NCBI GenBank assembly: GCA_002385575.1
Contig: DGDS01000024.1
Coordinates: forward strand, 14,315-73,993
Direction of reading: 5' to 3'
Origin: Bacillales bacterium UBA3946
GTDB lineage: Bacteria > Bacillota_I > Bacilli_A > ML615J-28 > CAG-698
Length of the DNA stretch: 59,679 bases
Of the stretch, positions 49,520 to 59,328 are shown one piece after another. The translations under genes and the position numbers were made by a program. The notes beneath the pieces are model-generated. The model ran no database searches, was not told the DNA's origin, and saw nothing but the letters and a program-made list of their open reading frames with translations. Position 1 is the stretch's first letter. The number at the start of each line of letters is the position of its first letter.

Positions 49520-49747
49520 TTATTCGAGTTTGTTGAAGTCGAAGAGTTCGCTGATGTTCACGCCCAATTCCTTTGCGATTTTGGCGATGTTCTTCAAGGT
49601 GATGTTTTTTTCTGCCCTTTCGATCTGGCCGATGTAGGTTCGGTGCAATCCGGCTTCGTATCCCAGTTCTTCCTGCGACAAACCTTTCCGCATGCGTAAT
49701 TGCCTGACGCGTTTGCCGAACAACACATTGATGTTTTCTTTGTTCAT
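49520..49747 (-). CDS. XRE-family helix-turn-helix transcriptional regulator
   Basis: GKRVRQLRMRKGLSQEELGYEAGLHRTYIGQIERAEKNITLKNIAKIAKELGV is an HTH_3 pattern. AAGGTGA RBS before ATG 49747. Confidence 0.85.
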   Translation of the reverse strand: MNKENINVLFGKRVRQLRMRKGLSQEELGYEAGLHRTYIGQIERAEKNITLKNIAKIAKELGVNISELFDFNKLE

Positions 49748-49823
49748 GCCGTTCACCTTTTTATTATCATACAATAAAAGGTGGAATAATTCGACAGACT
49801 ATAAGTAGCAGGAGCGTTAAAAT

Positions 49824-50183
49824 ATGAAAAACATTGGCATTGACATCGTCGAGAACGTAAGGTTTGATTCCTTCATTGATAACCCGCGCAAATATTCCCG
49901 GATTCTTTCGGACAAAGAAAAAGACTTGTTTGCGCGCATCACAAACAAGTCCAGGAAACGGGAGTTCTTAGCCGGCCGGTTCGCCGCCAAGGAAGCGGTC
50001 ATCAAGGCCCTTGCGCATAGCGGCTATTCCTTTAAATATACGCGTATCAGCGTCCTGAACGCTCCGGACGGTTCGCCCTATGTCGAGCTGGAAGATTGTC
50101 CTGCGGTGAAGATATTGTTGTCCCTGTCGCATGGCAAGGAAAACACGGTTGCTGTTGCCGTTTTAGTTGACAAAGACGAGTGA
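49824..50183 (+). CDS. acpS: Holo-[acyl-carrier-protein] synthase
   Basis: GIDIVE..R, FLAGRFAAKEA..KAL, SLSH motifs. 119 aa. Confidence 0.9.
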   Translation: MKNIGIDIVENVRFDSFIDNPRKYSRILSDKEKDLFARITNKSRKREFLAGRFAAKEAVIKALAHSGYSFKYTRISVLNAPDGSPYVELEDCPAVKILLSLSHGKENTVAVAVLVDKDE

Positions 50184-50197
50184 CTCGTCTTTTTTTT
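50174..50197 (+). terminator. Intrinsic terminator after acpS
   Basis: AGACGAG-TGA-CTCGTCT followed by T7. The stop codon forms the loop. Confidence 0.7.
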
Positions 50198-50402
50198 AAT
50201 CGATGTCGTGATCGGCGGTAAACAAGGTGGAAATGCAAATGATTCCGGCCACGCCGACCAAGGCATAAATGATCCTTGATATCACGACGCTGATATTGTC
50301 AAAGATGAAGGCTACCAAGTTGAAGTTAAACAAGCCGATTAGTCCCCAATTGAGCGCGCCGATGATTACGACGATTAGCGCTATTTTTTGTAAAACATTC
50401 AT
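50196..50402 (-). CDS. DUF378 small membrane protein
   Basis: IALIVVIIGALNWGLIGLFNFNLV is a DUF378 signature. RBS GGAGGAA. Confidence 0.85.
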   Translation of the reverse strand: MNVLQKIALIVVIIGALNWGLIGLFNFNLVAFIFDNISVVISRIIYALVGVAGIICISTLFTADHDID

Positions 50403-50618
50403 TCCGATTCCTCCTTATCGTTATTATTAGTATTTTTTGAAATTATATACTTTTTCATGTCATAAACTGCGCGTCGCGCCGCGAATACCGGAAAGCTTTT
50501 CCGGTTTTTATGATAAAGATACTCTAAATTAATGACGTCGAAGAATATTCGCAAACATTATACACATAAAAGCCCATTTCTCGTCATATTATTATATAGC
50601 AAAAACGGGAGGTATTTG

Positions 50619-51656
50619 ATGAGCGAACCTGTTAGACAAAAACTTAATAACAAGTTTTTGACGATCATATGCATGTTGTTATTGGGCGTGACGCTGCTGA
50701 TTCTCGGCGGCTGTGGCGGCAAAGAAAAACCGGATAAGGTGTTTGCGAAGGAATTGACCAGAAGTTCGTCGTATAAAGTCGAAGGTTTGATGGAATCGTA
50801 TTACGACACGGGTCGTAAACGCAACGATTTCATGGTTTTGTATAAAAATCCGGGTCTGATCAAGGTGGTGATCAAACCCGAGGGAAGCAATGACAAGCAA
50901 ATAATTTTGAAAAACAGCGATGGGGTCTACATCCTCATTCCGGCCGTGAACAAGAACTTCAAGATCCAGAGCGATTGGCCGGAAAACGCCAGTTATCCGT
51001 ACTTGTTGCAATCGCTCGCGAAGGACATCGCCAACGATCCCGAGGTTTTGACGACCGAGGATGAGAACACCTTCACAGTCGAGACGAAAACGAAGATGCA
51101 CGCCGACGCCGTGCCCGTCAAGCAGAAGATCATTTTCAACAAGGATACCAACCTGCCGACCGAGGTGCTGGTCTATGACGAAAACGACAATCTCTACATC
51201 AGGACGGTCTTCTCCAACATCAACCTCAATTACAATATTTCCGACGACGAGTTCGACCTCGAAAACAGCATGACCACGGTCCGGATCGAGCTTGGCGACG
51301 GCATCGCCTACGAAGGCCGGGAAATCGCCTATCCGCGTTACTGCCCCGAGGGTGTCTCGCTGTTGACGGAAAAGACGACGCAGAACACGGAACGGACGGA
51401 AGTGCTGTCAATCATGGTTTACGGCAACGAGCCGGGATTCACCATTATCCAGGAATTCGTCAACGACCAGGAAGCGATGCGCTACCAGGAGGAAAAGGGC
51501 GATATCCTCATGGTGATGGGGGTCTGGGCGATCCTGAAAACCAATTCGATTTCGTTGTTCTTTAACGGGATTGAGTATACGGTAGCATCCGACGATCTGA
51601 CGGCCGACGAACTCATAAAAATCATTCAAAGTTTTATGACTACTGACGAAAAGTAA
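50619..51656 (+). CDS. LolA-fold lipoprotein (YdcC-like)
   Basis: RBS GGGAGGT. Lipobox ILGGCGG. The N-terminal half has a LolA/outer-membrane-lipoprotein-sorting-like strand pattern. It lies near acpS, as B. subtilis ydcC does. Confidence 0.7.
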   Translation: MSEPVRQKLNNKFLTIICMLLLGVTLLILGGCGGKEKPDKVFAKELTRSSSYKVEGLMESYYDTGRKRNDFMVLYKNPGLIKVVIKPEGSNDKQIILKNSDGVYILIPAVNKNFKIQSDWPENASYPYLLQSLAKDIANDPEVLTTEDENTFTVETKTKMHADAVPVKQKIIFNKDTNLPTEVLVYDENDNLYIRTVFSNINLNYNISDDEFDLENSMTTVRIELGDGIAYEGREIAYPRYCPEGVSLLTEKTTQNTERTEVLSIMVYGNEPGFTIIQEFVNDQEAMRYQEEKGDILMVMGVWAILKTNSISLFFNGIEYTVASDDLTADELIKIIQSFMTTDEK

Positions 51657-51687
51657 CCTCATTCCCAAAATAATAATAAAAAACAAA

Positions 51688-51716
51688 AAGTTTCTTGATA
51701 TAAGAGACTTTTTTTA
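51688..51716 (+). terminator. Putative intrinsic terminator after the lipoprotein gene
   Basis: AAGTTTCTT-GATAT-AAGAGACTT (one G.T pair) followed by T7. Confidence 0.45.
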
Positions 51717-51756
51717 GTATAATATATAATGCTTGATTAATAATAGCGAAAGGAGC

Positions 51757-51792
51757 ATGTTTTTACCGGCAGGTAAAGACGGTACTATATGA
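51757..51792 (+). CDS. Candidate 11-codon leader micro-ORF (MFLPAGKDGTI)
   Basis: A strong SD (AAAGGAG) lies 5 nt before ATG 51757. Its TGA stop overlaps the ATG of the downstream ORF (ATGA at 51789..51792), and that ORF has no SD of its own. Confidence 0.25.
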   Translation: MFLPAGKDGTI

Positions 51793-52310
51793 ATAGGAAG
51801 TTAAGCGTAAAAAAGCAAACAAGCCATAAAGTAATTATATTCTGGTCGATGATCGGCTTTTTGACGCTGGTCTTTATCACGGCGATCATCATTTTATTCA
51901 TTAACTCCCGTTCAGCGCGCTCATTCGACGACATTCGTAACCTTTACGAGGATGAAATCTTCCAAAAAACCGGCTCCTATTACGTCTATGTGTACAGCAA
52001 GATCGACGAAAAAGCCGATCTTGACAAGGCGGAAGAATTGGAAGAACTCATCGTCACATATATGACATACGCGAAAAGAAACTCCGACGCACAGCGGATT
52101 TACGGCATGAATGCCGACAGTTATCGCAACAAAAGCGCGGTACAAGAGAATGCAACCACCAGCGTCGTTAACAAGACGCGATTCGCTGACCTCGTTATAG
52201 GGAAAGAGGACATCCCGATCCTGATGCTGATTGAAAACAATCGGGTGAAGAGCGTATATAAGACGGAAAAGGAGATTCGCGAGGTTCTGGAAAATGCGAT
52301 GAACCCCTAA
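51789..52310 (+). CDS. Membrane-anchored hypothetical protein with thioredoxin-like fold lacking the CxxC motif
   Basis: Basic N-terminus plus one TM segment. YYVYVYSK...DIPILMLIENNRVKSVYKTEKEIREVLE resembles a Trx fold, but no Cys is present. Confidence 0.6.
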   Translation: MNRKLSVKKQTSHKVIIFWSMIGFLTLVFITAIIILFINSRSARSFDDIRNLYEDEIFQKTGSYYVYVYSKIDEKADLDKAEELEELIVTYMTYAKRNSDAQRIYGMNADSYRNKSAVQENATTSVVNKTRFADLVIGKEDIPILMLIENNRVKSVYKTEKEIREVLENAMNP

Positions 52311-52350
52311 TATATAGATACGAGAGGTTGTCCATGGCGGAAATATTTGC

Positions 52351-52379
52351 TTGACATTAACGACAATATGTGATAATAT
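52351..52379 (+). promoter_or_regulatory. SigA-type promoter for the tRNA-Ser/tRNA-Glu cluster
   Basis: Consensus TTGACA, 17-nt spacer, TAATAT, 15 nt upstream of tRNA-Ser. Confidence 0.7.
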
Positions 52380-52393
52380 AATATGGCTTATCC

Positions 52394-52486
52394 GGAGTAG
52401 TACTCAAGAGGCTGAAGAGGTGCCCCTGCTAAGGGCATAGATCGGAATAAACCGGTGCGAGGGTTCAAATCCCTCCTACTCCGCCA
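52394..52486 (+). tRNA. tRNA-Ser (anticodon GCT), CCA encoded
   Basis: Acceptor GGAGTAG/CTACTCC, anticodon loop CTGCTAA, long variable arm, T-loop TTCAAAT. Confidence 0.92.
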
Positions 52487-52489
52487 TAT

Positions 52490-52566
52490 GGCCCGTTGGA
52501 GAAGCGGTTTAACTCACATGCCTTTCACGCATGCACACACGGGTTCGAATCCCGTACGGGTCACCA
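52490..52566 (+). tRNA. tRNA-Glu (anticodon TTC), CCA encoded
   Basis: Acceptor GGCCCGT/ACGGGTC, anticodon stem CATGC/GCATG with loop CTTTCAC, T-loop TTCGAAT. From memory, it is close to Bacillus tRNA-Glu. Confidence 0.92.
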
Positions 52567-52637
52567 TATGACCAACAGAGTTGGCTTTTTGCCGACTTAT
52601 TTTTTTAGGTAAAAATATTTATCGGAAATGGAGCGAC

Positions 52638-54185
52638 ATGGCAAAAAAACTTATTGAATTAAGGAATATCGTTAAGTCATTCGACGGCGAGGTCGTCGTC
52701 GACAACATCAATCTCTATATCAACGAGAACGAGTTTGTCACTCTAGTTGGTCCGTCGGGATGCGGGAAAACAACGATGTTGCGTATGATCGGCGGGTTTG
52801 AAACCCCGGATTCCGGCGAAATCATTCTGAACGGCGAGGTCATCAACAACATCCCACCGTACCAGCGGCCGGTCAATACCGTTTTTCAGAGGTACGCCTT
52901 GTTCCCGCATTTGAACGTTTTTGACAACGTCGCTTTTGGCTTGCGTAATTACAACCGCGTTTATGAGGAACTGAAGAGCAACGTGCGCCGCAAGTACGAA
53001 AACGAGCGGAAGACGCTGCAGACGCGTCTGGGCCAGAAGATCACGCGCGAAGAACGGGCGGAGATCAAGAGCCGGCTGAAGGAAATAAAGAAAGAAATCG
53101 CGGAGAAAATAGCCGAAGAAAGGGAAAAACTCCTGGAAAAGAAATTGGAGGATATCGAGACCCTTTACGGCAAGAAGATAAAAGACCTGGAAGAAAAAAT
53201 CGAACTCGAGGAACAAAAGGAAGACGAGGTCGAAGCCGCCCGGGTGGCGTTGGAAGAACTGGAGGCGAAGATCCAGGAGGAAATCGCGGCGAAGAAAATT
53301 GCGAAAGGCAAAGTCAACGGCAAGTACGCCAAGGAACTGGCGGAATTGCGGAAGATCGTCAATCGCGAAAAACTCGAGCATTTGCGCCAGCAGTTGAAGG
53401 AAGTCAACCGCCGTTACCAGGACGAGCTGAAGGCGGCCAAATCGCTGATGCTGAGCAAGCATCATATCGAAGAGGCGGTTTTCGAGGTGCTGAAGCTGGT
53501 GAAGCTGGAAGGCCTGGAATACCGGAAGATCAACAGCCTCAGCGGCGGCCAGCAACAAAGAGTCGCCATCGCCCGCGCCATCGTGAACAAGCCGAAAATC
53601 CTCTTGCTTGACGAGCCGCTTGCGGCTTTGGATTTGAAATTGCGGCAGAACATGCAGTACGAACTGAAGGAGATGCAGCGGAAACTGGGCATCACCTTCA
53701 TCTTCGTGACGCATGACCAGGAAGAAGCCCTGACGATGTCCGATACCGTCGTCGTCATGGACAAGGGTCGGATTCAGCAGATCGGCACTCCGGAAATGAT
53801 CTACAACGAGCCGAAGAACCGGTTTGTCGCCAGTTTCATCGGCGAAAGTAATATCATCAGGGGTCGCTACCTTGGTAATAAAAAGGTGGAGTTCATGGGA
53901 TCGGTCTTTGACTGCGTCGACGAGAACTTCGAAGTCGGTGAGCCGTGCGACGTCGTCATCCGGCCCGAGGACTTCGATATCGTTCCCCTTGAGCAGGCGA
54001 AACTGATCGGCGTCGTTGACGCCACCGCCTTTCTCGGCGTCCACTTCGAGATCTGCGCCATCGTCCAGGGGCAGGAATTCGTCATCCACCAATACGAGAA
54101 CGTTAAGGTCGGCGATAAGATCGGCCTTTCCGTCGATCCCTATGAAATCCATTTGATGAAGGTGGACAAGGATGAAGCGGTTTAG
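52638..54185 (+). CDS. potA: Spermidine/putrescine ABC transporter ATPase with a ~170-aa charged coiled-coil insertion
   Basis: Walker [11 protein letters not shown]-loop [10 protein letters not shown], signature [14 protein letters not shown], Walker B ILLLDEP, H-loop FVTHDQ, C-terminal TOBE-like domain. A long E/K-rich segment lies between GLR and the signature motif. Confidence 0.9.
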   Translation: MAKKLIELRNIVKSFDGEVVVDNINLYINENEFVTLVGPSGCGKTTMLRMIGGFETPDSGEIILNGEVINNIPPYQRPVNTVFQRYALFPHLNVFDNVAFGLRNYNRVYEELKSNVRRKYENERKTLQTRLGQKITREERAEIKSRLKEIKKEIAEKIAEEREKLLEKKLEDIETLYGKKIKDLEEKIELEEQKEDEVEAARVALEELEAKIQEEIAAKKIAKGKVNGKYAKELAELRKIVNREKLEHLRQQLKEVNRRYQDELKAAKSLMLSKHHIEEAVFEVLKLVKLEGLEYRKINSLSGGQQQRVAIARAIVNKPKILLLDEPLAALDLKLRQNMQYELKEMQRKLGITFIFVTHDQEEALTMSDTVVVMDKGRIQQIGTPEMIYNEPKNRFVASFIGESNIIRGRYLGNKKVEFMGSVFDCVDENFEVGEPCDVVIRPEDFDIVPLEQAKLIGVVDATAFLGVHFEICAIVQGQEFVIHQYENVKVGDKIGLSVDPYEIHLMKVDKDEAV

Positions 54186-55002
54186 TCGGTTCGCCTGGCC
54201 GTATTTCCTCTGGATGCTCGTGTTCACCGTCGTCCCGATCATCCTGTTGCTGATCATATCGTTTCTTGATATGCGGTCCCTTAATTTCAGCACGGCGAAA
54301 TTCAGTCTTGCCGCTTTTTCCAAGAACTTTAATTCCGTCTATATCAGCGCGTTCTTAAAGTCGATCGAGCTGGCGGCGATCGCGACGGTGCTTTGCATCA
54401 TCATCGGCTACCCGATCGCCTACATCGTCTCGAATCTTAACATTGCGAATAAGTTTTCTTTCCTGTTGATCCTGATTATGCCGATGTTCACGAACATGCT
54501 TCTTAGGGTCAACACGATCAATAAGCTGTTACGTCCGGAAAGTCTTTTAAAGAACCTTTTCGGCATCAGTCTGAATATCAGCGGATCGGAGACCGCGGTC
54601 ATTCTGGTCATGGTGCTCATGTACCTGCCGTTCATGGTCTTTCCGATCTTCACCGTCCTGGAAAAAATCGATCCGTCCCTGTTGGAGGCGAGTCGCGACC
54701 TGGGCGCCAACAACTTCAAAACCTTTCTGAAGGTGACCCTTCCCTTGTCTTTGAAAGGCATCAGCAGCGGGATCATCATGGTCTTCCTGCCCTGCGCCAC
54801 CAGTTTCACCATTCCCTATATCGTATCGGAGGGGAATCTGAAACTGATCGGAAACATCATCGAGGACAAGATGGGTCTCGGCAACGTCATCAGCACCGAT
54901 TACCCGGGCGGGAGCCTGCTTTCGATCGTAATCCTGATCGCGGTGATGGGCTCGCTATGGCTGATCAGTAAGATCGACGCCGAGGGGGAGACGCTGTTAT
55001 GA
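54172..55002 (+). CDS. potB: Spermidine/putrescine ABC transporter permease PotB
   Basis: 6 TM helices. EAA-type loop [19 protein letters not shown]. Confidence 0.9.
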   Translation: MKRFSRFAWPYFLWMLVFTVVPIILLLIISFLDMRSLNFSTAKFSLAAFSKNFNSVYISAFLKSIELAAIATVLCIIIGYPIAYIVSNLNIANKFSFLLILIMPMFTNMLLRVNTINKLLRPESLLKNLFGISLNISGSETAVILVMVLMYLPFMVFPIFTVLEKIDPSLLEASRDLGANNFKTFLKVTLPLSLKGISSGIIMVFLPCATSFTIPYIVSEGNLKLIGNIIEDKMGLGNVISTDYPGGSLLSIVILIAVMGSLWLISKIDAEGETLL

Positions 55003-55883
55003 ATAACGTCGTACGCGTACCCGTTCCGAAATGGACGCGGATCAGAAAGCGGGCATACGGGATTGCGAAACTCGTATTCCTGTTCGTCGTGATCATGCTC
55101 CTTTATTTCCCGATCATCGTCATCATCATCCAATCGGTGAATCAAAATGCCCAGGGAACCTATTTTTCCGGGTTCACGCTGGACTGGTACAAACAGATGT
55201 TCCAGGACACAAACCTGATGATAGCCATCCGAAACACGATCTCGGTCGCGGTTCTGGCCACGGTTATCTCCACGATCCTCGGGACGTTCTTCGCGCTCGG
55301 CATCAACTCGCTTCAAAACAAACGCCGGCGTCAGATGATCATCCTTAACAACGTCCCGGTGCTGAACGCCGACGTCGTTACTGGCGTTTCCCTGTTCTTC
55401 ATCTTCAAATTTTTCGGCATCATCGTCGGTAACGAATTCATCCTTGGCTACGAGACGATGCTCGTGGCCCATGTGTTCTTCTGCATCCCCTACGTGGTCC
55501 TAAGCATCCTGCCGAAATTAAACGAGGTAGACAAGAACCTCTATGACGCGGCCGTCGATCTCGGATGCACCCCGCTGGGTGCCCTGATGAAGGTCATCAT
55601 TCCCTCCATCCGGACGGGAATCTTTACCGGAGCGCTTTTGGCCTTCACCATGTCGTTTGACGATTTCGTCATCAGTTACATGGTGGCGGGCGAGGAAGTA
55701 AAGAATTTCTCGATGTGGATTTACGCGAGCCAGCGCGCGTCCGGCCGGGTTCTGGCCTGGCCGAAGGCCTACGCTTATAACGCGATCATATCGCTTGTGG
55801 TGTTGTTGATCCTGATCGTATACAACATCGTATTGATAAAGAAACAAAAAAGAGAAAGAAAGGTGCGTGTTAATCTAAGTTGA
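54999..55883 (+). CDS. potC: Spermidine/putrescine ABC transporter permease PotC
   Basis: 6 TM helices. LYDAAVDLGCTP...KVIIP loop. ATGA overlap with potB. Confidence 0.9.
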   Translation: MNNVVRVPVPKWTRIRKRAYGIAKLVFLFVVIMLLYFPIIVIIIQSVNQNAQGTYFSGFTLDWYKQMFQDTNLMIAIRNTISVAVLATVISTILGTFFALGINSLQNKRRRQMIILNNVPVLNADVVTGVSLFFIFKFFGIIVGNEFILGYETMLVAHVFFCIPYVVLSILPKLNEVDKNLYDAAVDLGCTPLGALMKVIIPSIRTGIFTGALLAFTMSFDDFVISYMVAGEEVKNFSMWIYASQRASGRVLAWPKAYAYNAIISLVVLLILIVYNIVLIKKQKRERKVRVNLS

Positions 55884-56968
55884 AAAAAATGGCGTTTGTT
55901 TTGACTCTTGCTTTCGTTTTGGCTTTGACGGGCGGCTGTGACCGCAGGGAAAAGCTGTACGTCCTTAACTGGTACGATTACATCAACGAAGACCTTGTCA
56001 AGGAATTTGAAAAGGAATTCGGGGTGAAAGTCGTTCTGGACTCTGTCACTTCCAATGAGTCGATGTATAATAAGATCGAAACACGGGCGGGAAAATACGA
56101 CATCGTCATCCCAAGTGAGTACATGGTGGATAGGATGTGCCGGGACGGGATGCTGAATGAACTTGATTTCTCTAAGATCCCCAACTACGACGTTAACAAC
56201 GTTGATCCGAAACTCCAGGAACTTCGCGACCAATACTTCCGGGAGCAACAGAAGTACTCCGTTCCTTATTTCTGGGGTACGCTTGCCATCATGTACAATA
56301 ACGCCAAACCCGGCATCAAGGAATTGGTCGAGGAACACGAATGGGCGGTTTTCTTTGATCGGAGCATCATTCCCGCTAACGTATCCGTCGGCATGTACGA
56401 CTCAAGCCGCGACGCCGTCGCCGCCGCGCTTTTCTACCTGAACCAAAGTTCCAACCCGACGAGCGTCAGCGAACTGGACGCGGCGGAAACCGCGCTCGTG
56501 AACTTCAATTATGATTTCTGGGGAACCGACAATATCAAGGACGTGATCTTGACCGGAAACCTCGACATCGCGCTGGTTTATTCCGGCGACTATTTCGACA
56601 CGGTGTTCTATGCACAGGAAATCGGCAGCGAGATCACCTTTGGAATGCACGTGCCGACCAATCGAAACAACGTCTGGTTCGACAACTTCGCTATTCCCGT
56701 CACGGCCACGAAGATCGACCTGGCGCACGCCTTCATCAATTTCTTTCTCGATCATGACAACGCCCTGGAAAACGCGGTATATGTCGGCTACTGCCCGACC
56801 CTCCACAATGTCTATGAGGAATTGCTGGAAAACGAAGACCTGCAAGATATCGTCCATCACCCCGGCTACTATCCCGGCAACGTCGAGAACGCCGAAGTGT
56901 ATGTGATGCTCGAACGGGAAATCGCCGAGCGCATGGATTACATATTGACACGCGCGCGCAGCAAGTAA
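55880..56968 (+). CDS. potD: Spermidine/putrescine-binding lipoprotein PotD
   Basis: Lipobox ALTGGC. LYVLNWYDYI, PSEYM, YFWGT and PGYYPGN-type PotD/PotF patterns. TTG 55880 overlaps the potC stop. ATG 55889 is an alternative start. Confidence 0.88.
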   Translation: MKKMAFVLTLAFVLALTGGCDRREKLYVLNWYDYINEDLVKEFEKEFGVKVVLDSVTSNESMYNKIETRAGKYDIVIPSEYMVDRMCRDGMLNELDFSKIPNYDVNNVDPKLQELRDQYFREQQKYSVPYFWGTLAIMYNNAKPGIKELVEEHEWAVFFDRSIIPANVSVGMYDSSRDAVAAALFYLNQSSNPTSVSELDAAETALVNFNYDFWGTDNIKDVILTGNLDIALVYSGDYFDTVFYAQEIGSEITFGMHVPTNRNNVWFDNFAIPVTATKIDLAHAFINFFLDHDNALENAVYVGYCPTLHNVYEELLENEDLQDIVHHPGYYPGNVENAEVYVMLEREIAERMDYILTRARSK

Positions 56969-56976
56969 AACGATAT

Positions 56977-57001
56977 AGCGGCCAGTAAGGCCGCTTTTTT
57001 G
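56977..57001 (+). terminator. Intrinsic terminator after potD
   Basis: AGCGGCC-AGTAA-GGCCGCT followed by TTTTTT. Confidence 0.8.
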
Positions 57002-57062
57002 TGTAAAAAATGGTTGTCCGGGAATGCTAATTATTGTATAATTAATGGGAAAGAGGTGTGCA

Positions 57063-57776
57063 ATGGTAAAAATCATCAACTTTTCAAAAACTTATCCTGG
57101 CGGAAAACTGGCGGTCGATGACATCTCGCTCGAGGTCGTGCCCAGCGAGATCTTCGGCTTTATCGGTCATAACGGCGCCGGGAAAACGACGACGATCAAG
57201 TGTATGGTCGGGATACTCGACTTTGAGAAGGGGGACATCCTCATCAACGGCAAATCCATCAAAAAGGAACCGATCGCCTGCAAGTACGAGATCGCCTATC
57301 TTCCAGACGATCCGAATCTTTATGACAACCTGACGGGGATCCAGTATCTTAACTTCATCAGCGATATTTACAAAATCTCCAACGAACAAAGAAACGCGGA
57401 TATTAAAAAATACTCCGAGTTGTTCCTGATCGATAAGAACCTCGGCGATACTATTTCATCCTACTCGCACGGAATGAAACAAAAACTTTCGCTCATTTCC
57501 GCCCTGGTTCGCCGGCCGAAACTATACGTCCTGGACGAACCGTTCGTCGGCCTTGACCCGAAGATGGCTTACCTGATGAAAGAGATCATGCGCGAGAAAT
57601 GCCAGGAAGGCGCGAGCATTTTCTTCTCGACGCACGTCCTGGAGGTCGCGGAAAAACTATGCCACCGCGTCGCCATCATCAAGCAGGGAAAAATTGTCAC
57701 CGTGGGAACCATGGAAAGCGTGAAGGGCGATAAATCGCTTGAGGATATCTTCCTGGAGTTGTACGACCATGAGTGA
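57063..57776 (+). CDS. ABC transporter ATP-binding protein (ABC-2/exporter type)
   Basis: Walker A GHNGAGKTT, signature variant YSHGMKQKL, Walker B LYVLDEP, H-loop STH. RBS AAGAGGTG. Confidence 0.9.
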   Translation: MVKIINFSKTYPGGKLAVDDISLEVVPSEIFGFIGHNGAGKTTTIKCMVGILDFEKGDILINGKSIKKEPIACKYEIAYLPDDPNLYDNLTGIQYLNFISDIYKISNEQRNADIKKYSELFLIDKNLGDTISSYSHGMKQKLSLISALVRRPKLYVLDEPFVGLDPKMAYLMKEIMREKCQEGASIFFSTHVLEVAEKLCHRVAIIKQGKIVTVGTMESVKGDKSLEDIFLELYDHE

Positions 57777-59328
57777 ATTATGGCTGCTCCTGAAGGCTAA
57801 TGTCATTAACACGCTGAGACTCAACAAAAAGATCAGCAAAAGCCAGATAATTCCTGTGTCCCTCCTTGCTTATGCCGGATTTCTGGCGCTCGGGTTTTTT
57901 TACATATATTCATTAAAATCCGTCTATGTTGAGCTAGGCGCCCCGCAAATGATCCTAATTGAGGGTATAACGCTCGGCTTCCTTTTAATCATCCTGTTGA
58001 CGATCAGCGTTGCGAACGGCTATATCTTTCGTTGCCGGGACTTTGATCTGCTCATGTCCCTGCCGGTCCGCACGCAGTCGATCGTCGCGAGCAAGATCGT
58101 GTTTTTGCTCGGGATGAATTACTTGTTTTTCTTTATCCTCTATTGCCCGACGATCTATTATTACCTGTTGCACAATCAGGCGTCCTTTGGCTTCTATTTG
58201 ATGATCCTGCCGACGTTTCTGTTTATGCCCATGCTTCCGATCGCGGTATCGGGACTGATTTCGTATCTATTGGGATTTATCCCAATCAAGAAGAAATACA
58301 GGTCGATTCTATTCTCGATCCTGTTGATCGGGCTGGTCGTCGCGTTTTTCCTCGGGCAGTTCCTGTCGATAGATTCGTCCAATTCGATATTCAATAGTAT
58401 CGGCGTATTGCTCGGCAAAATCAATTACCCAGGAGAACTCGCGGTAAAAGGCATGACTGGAGATATCGAGAGCTACCTGATTTTCATCGCAATCTCCGTC
58501 CTTCCGCTCATCGGGTTTATTTATCTCGTCGCCGCCAACTATCTGAAGACCAACAACCGCAGCCTTCAAAGCGAGGTCAATAAGACATTTGTCCTGAAGG
58601 AGATACGGGGCAGCAGCCCAACGAAGGCCCTGATCGGAAAGGAGTTACGCCGGTACTTAAGTTCGACGATTTATGTTACGAACACGATCATATCGCCGAT
58701 AATGTCTCTGCTTATCATCGTGATATACATCATCCTGCGCGGACGCATACCGGAATTTGAAGCATTCAATGACTATATTCCGGCGATTTTGCTTGTCGGG
58801 ATCGTCTTTACCCTGTCAATGACCTCGACGACGGGTGCCTCGATTTCCATCGAAGGCAAACAGTTCTGGATTCTAAAATCGCTGCCTTGCCCGGAAAGAC
58901 AGGTTTTCTTCGCCAAGATCTTCGTTAACCTGATCATCAGCGTTCCCATCCTGGTCATCGACGTGATCGTCAGCCTCGCGTTTCTAAGAATTACCGCGCT
59001 CCATGCCGTTTTTATCTTCCTCACCGCGTTGTTCATGCTTCTTTATACAAGTCTTATCGGACTGTATGCCAATTTGCTTGCGCCGCGGTTTGATTACGAT
59101 AACGACGCGAAGGCCGTGAAGCAAAGCATGAGCGCCTTTCTGACGATGGCCTTCGGGACGGTAGCGACGGTGATTTTGGGAGCCAGCGGTTACGGATTGT
59201 ACCTTGCTTTCAATGGCGGAATCGCCATGTACGCCCTGTTAACCGTCATTGCCTTCGCGTTCGCGCTGGTCAGTTACCTTTTGCTTCATTATCACGGCAC
59301 GAAACTTTATCGGAAACTTAGCGTATAA
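57769..59328 (+). CDS. Putative ABC exporter permease (about 12-14 TM)
   Basis: The ATGAGTGA overlap with the ATPase gene implies coupling. The protein is highly hydrophobic and polytopic throughout. Confidence 0.8.
   Translation: MSELWLLLKANVINTLRLNKKISKSQIIPVSLLAYAGFLALGFFYIYSLKSVYVELGAPQMILIEGITLGFLLIILLTISVANGYIFRCRDFDLLMSLPVRTQSIVASKIVFLLGMNYLFFFILYCPTIYYYLLHNQASFGFYLMILPTFLFMPMLPIAVSGLISYLLGFIPIKKKYRSILFSILLIGLVVAFFLGQFLSIDSSNSIFNSIGVLLGKINYPGELAVKGMTGDIESYLIFIAISVLPLIGFIYLVAANYLKTNNRSLQSEVNKTFVLKEIRGSSPTKALIGKELRRYLSSTIYVTNTIISPIMSLLIIVIYIILRGRIPEFEAFNDYIPAILLVGIVFTLSMTSTTGASISIEGKQFWILKSLPCPERQVFFAKIFVNLIISVPILVIDVIVSLAFLRITALHAVFIFLTALFMLLYTSLIGLYANLLAPRFDYDNDAKAVKQSMSAFLTMAFGTVATVILGASGYGLYLAFNGGIAMYALLTVIAFAFALVSYLLLHYHGTKLYRKLSV

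Noticed and set aside
52743-54323. 526-aa ORF antisense to potA
   Set aside because: This is the same shadow-frame effect. It is in register with potA codons and terminates at a sense CTA Leu codon (52743..52745, in FVTLVG). There is no independent coding evidence.
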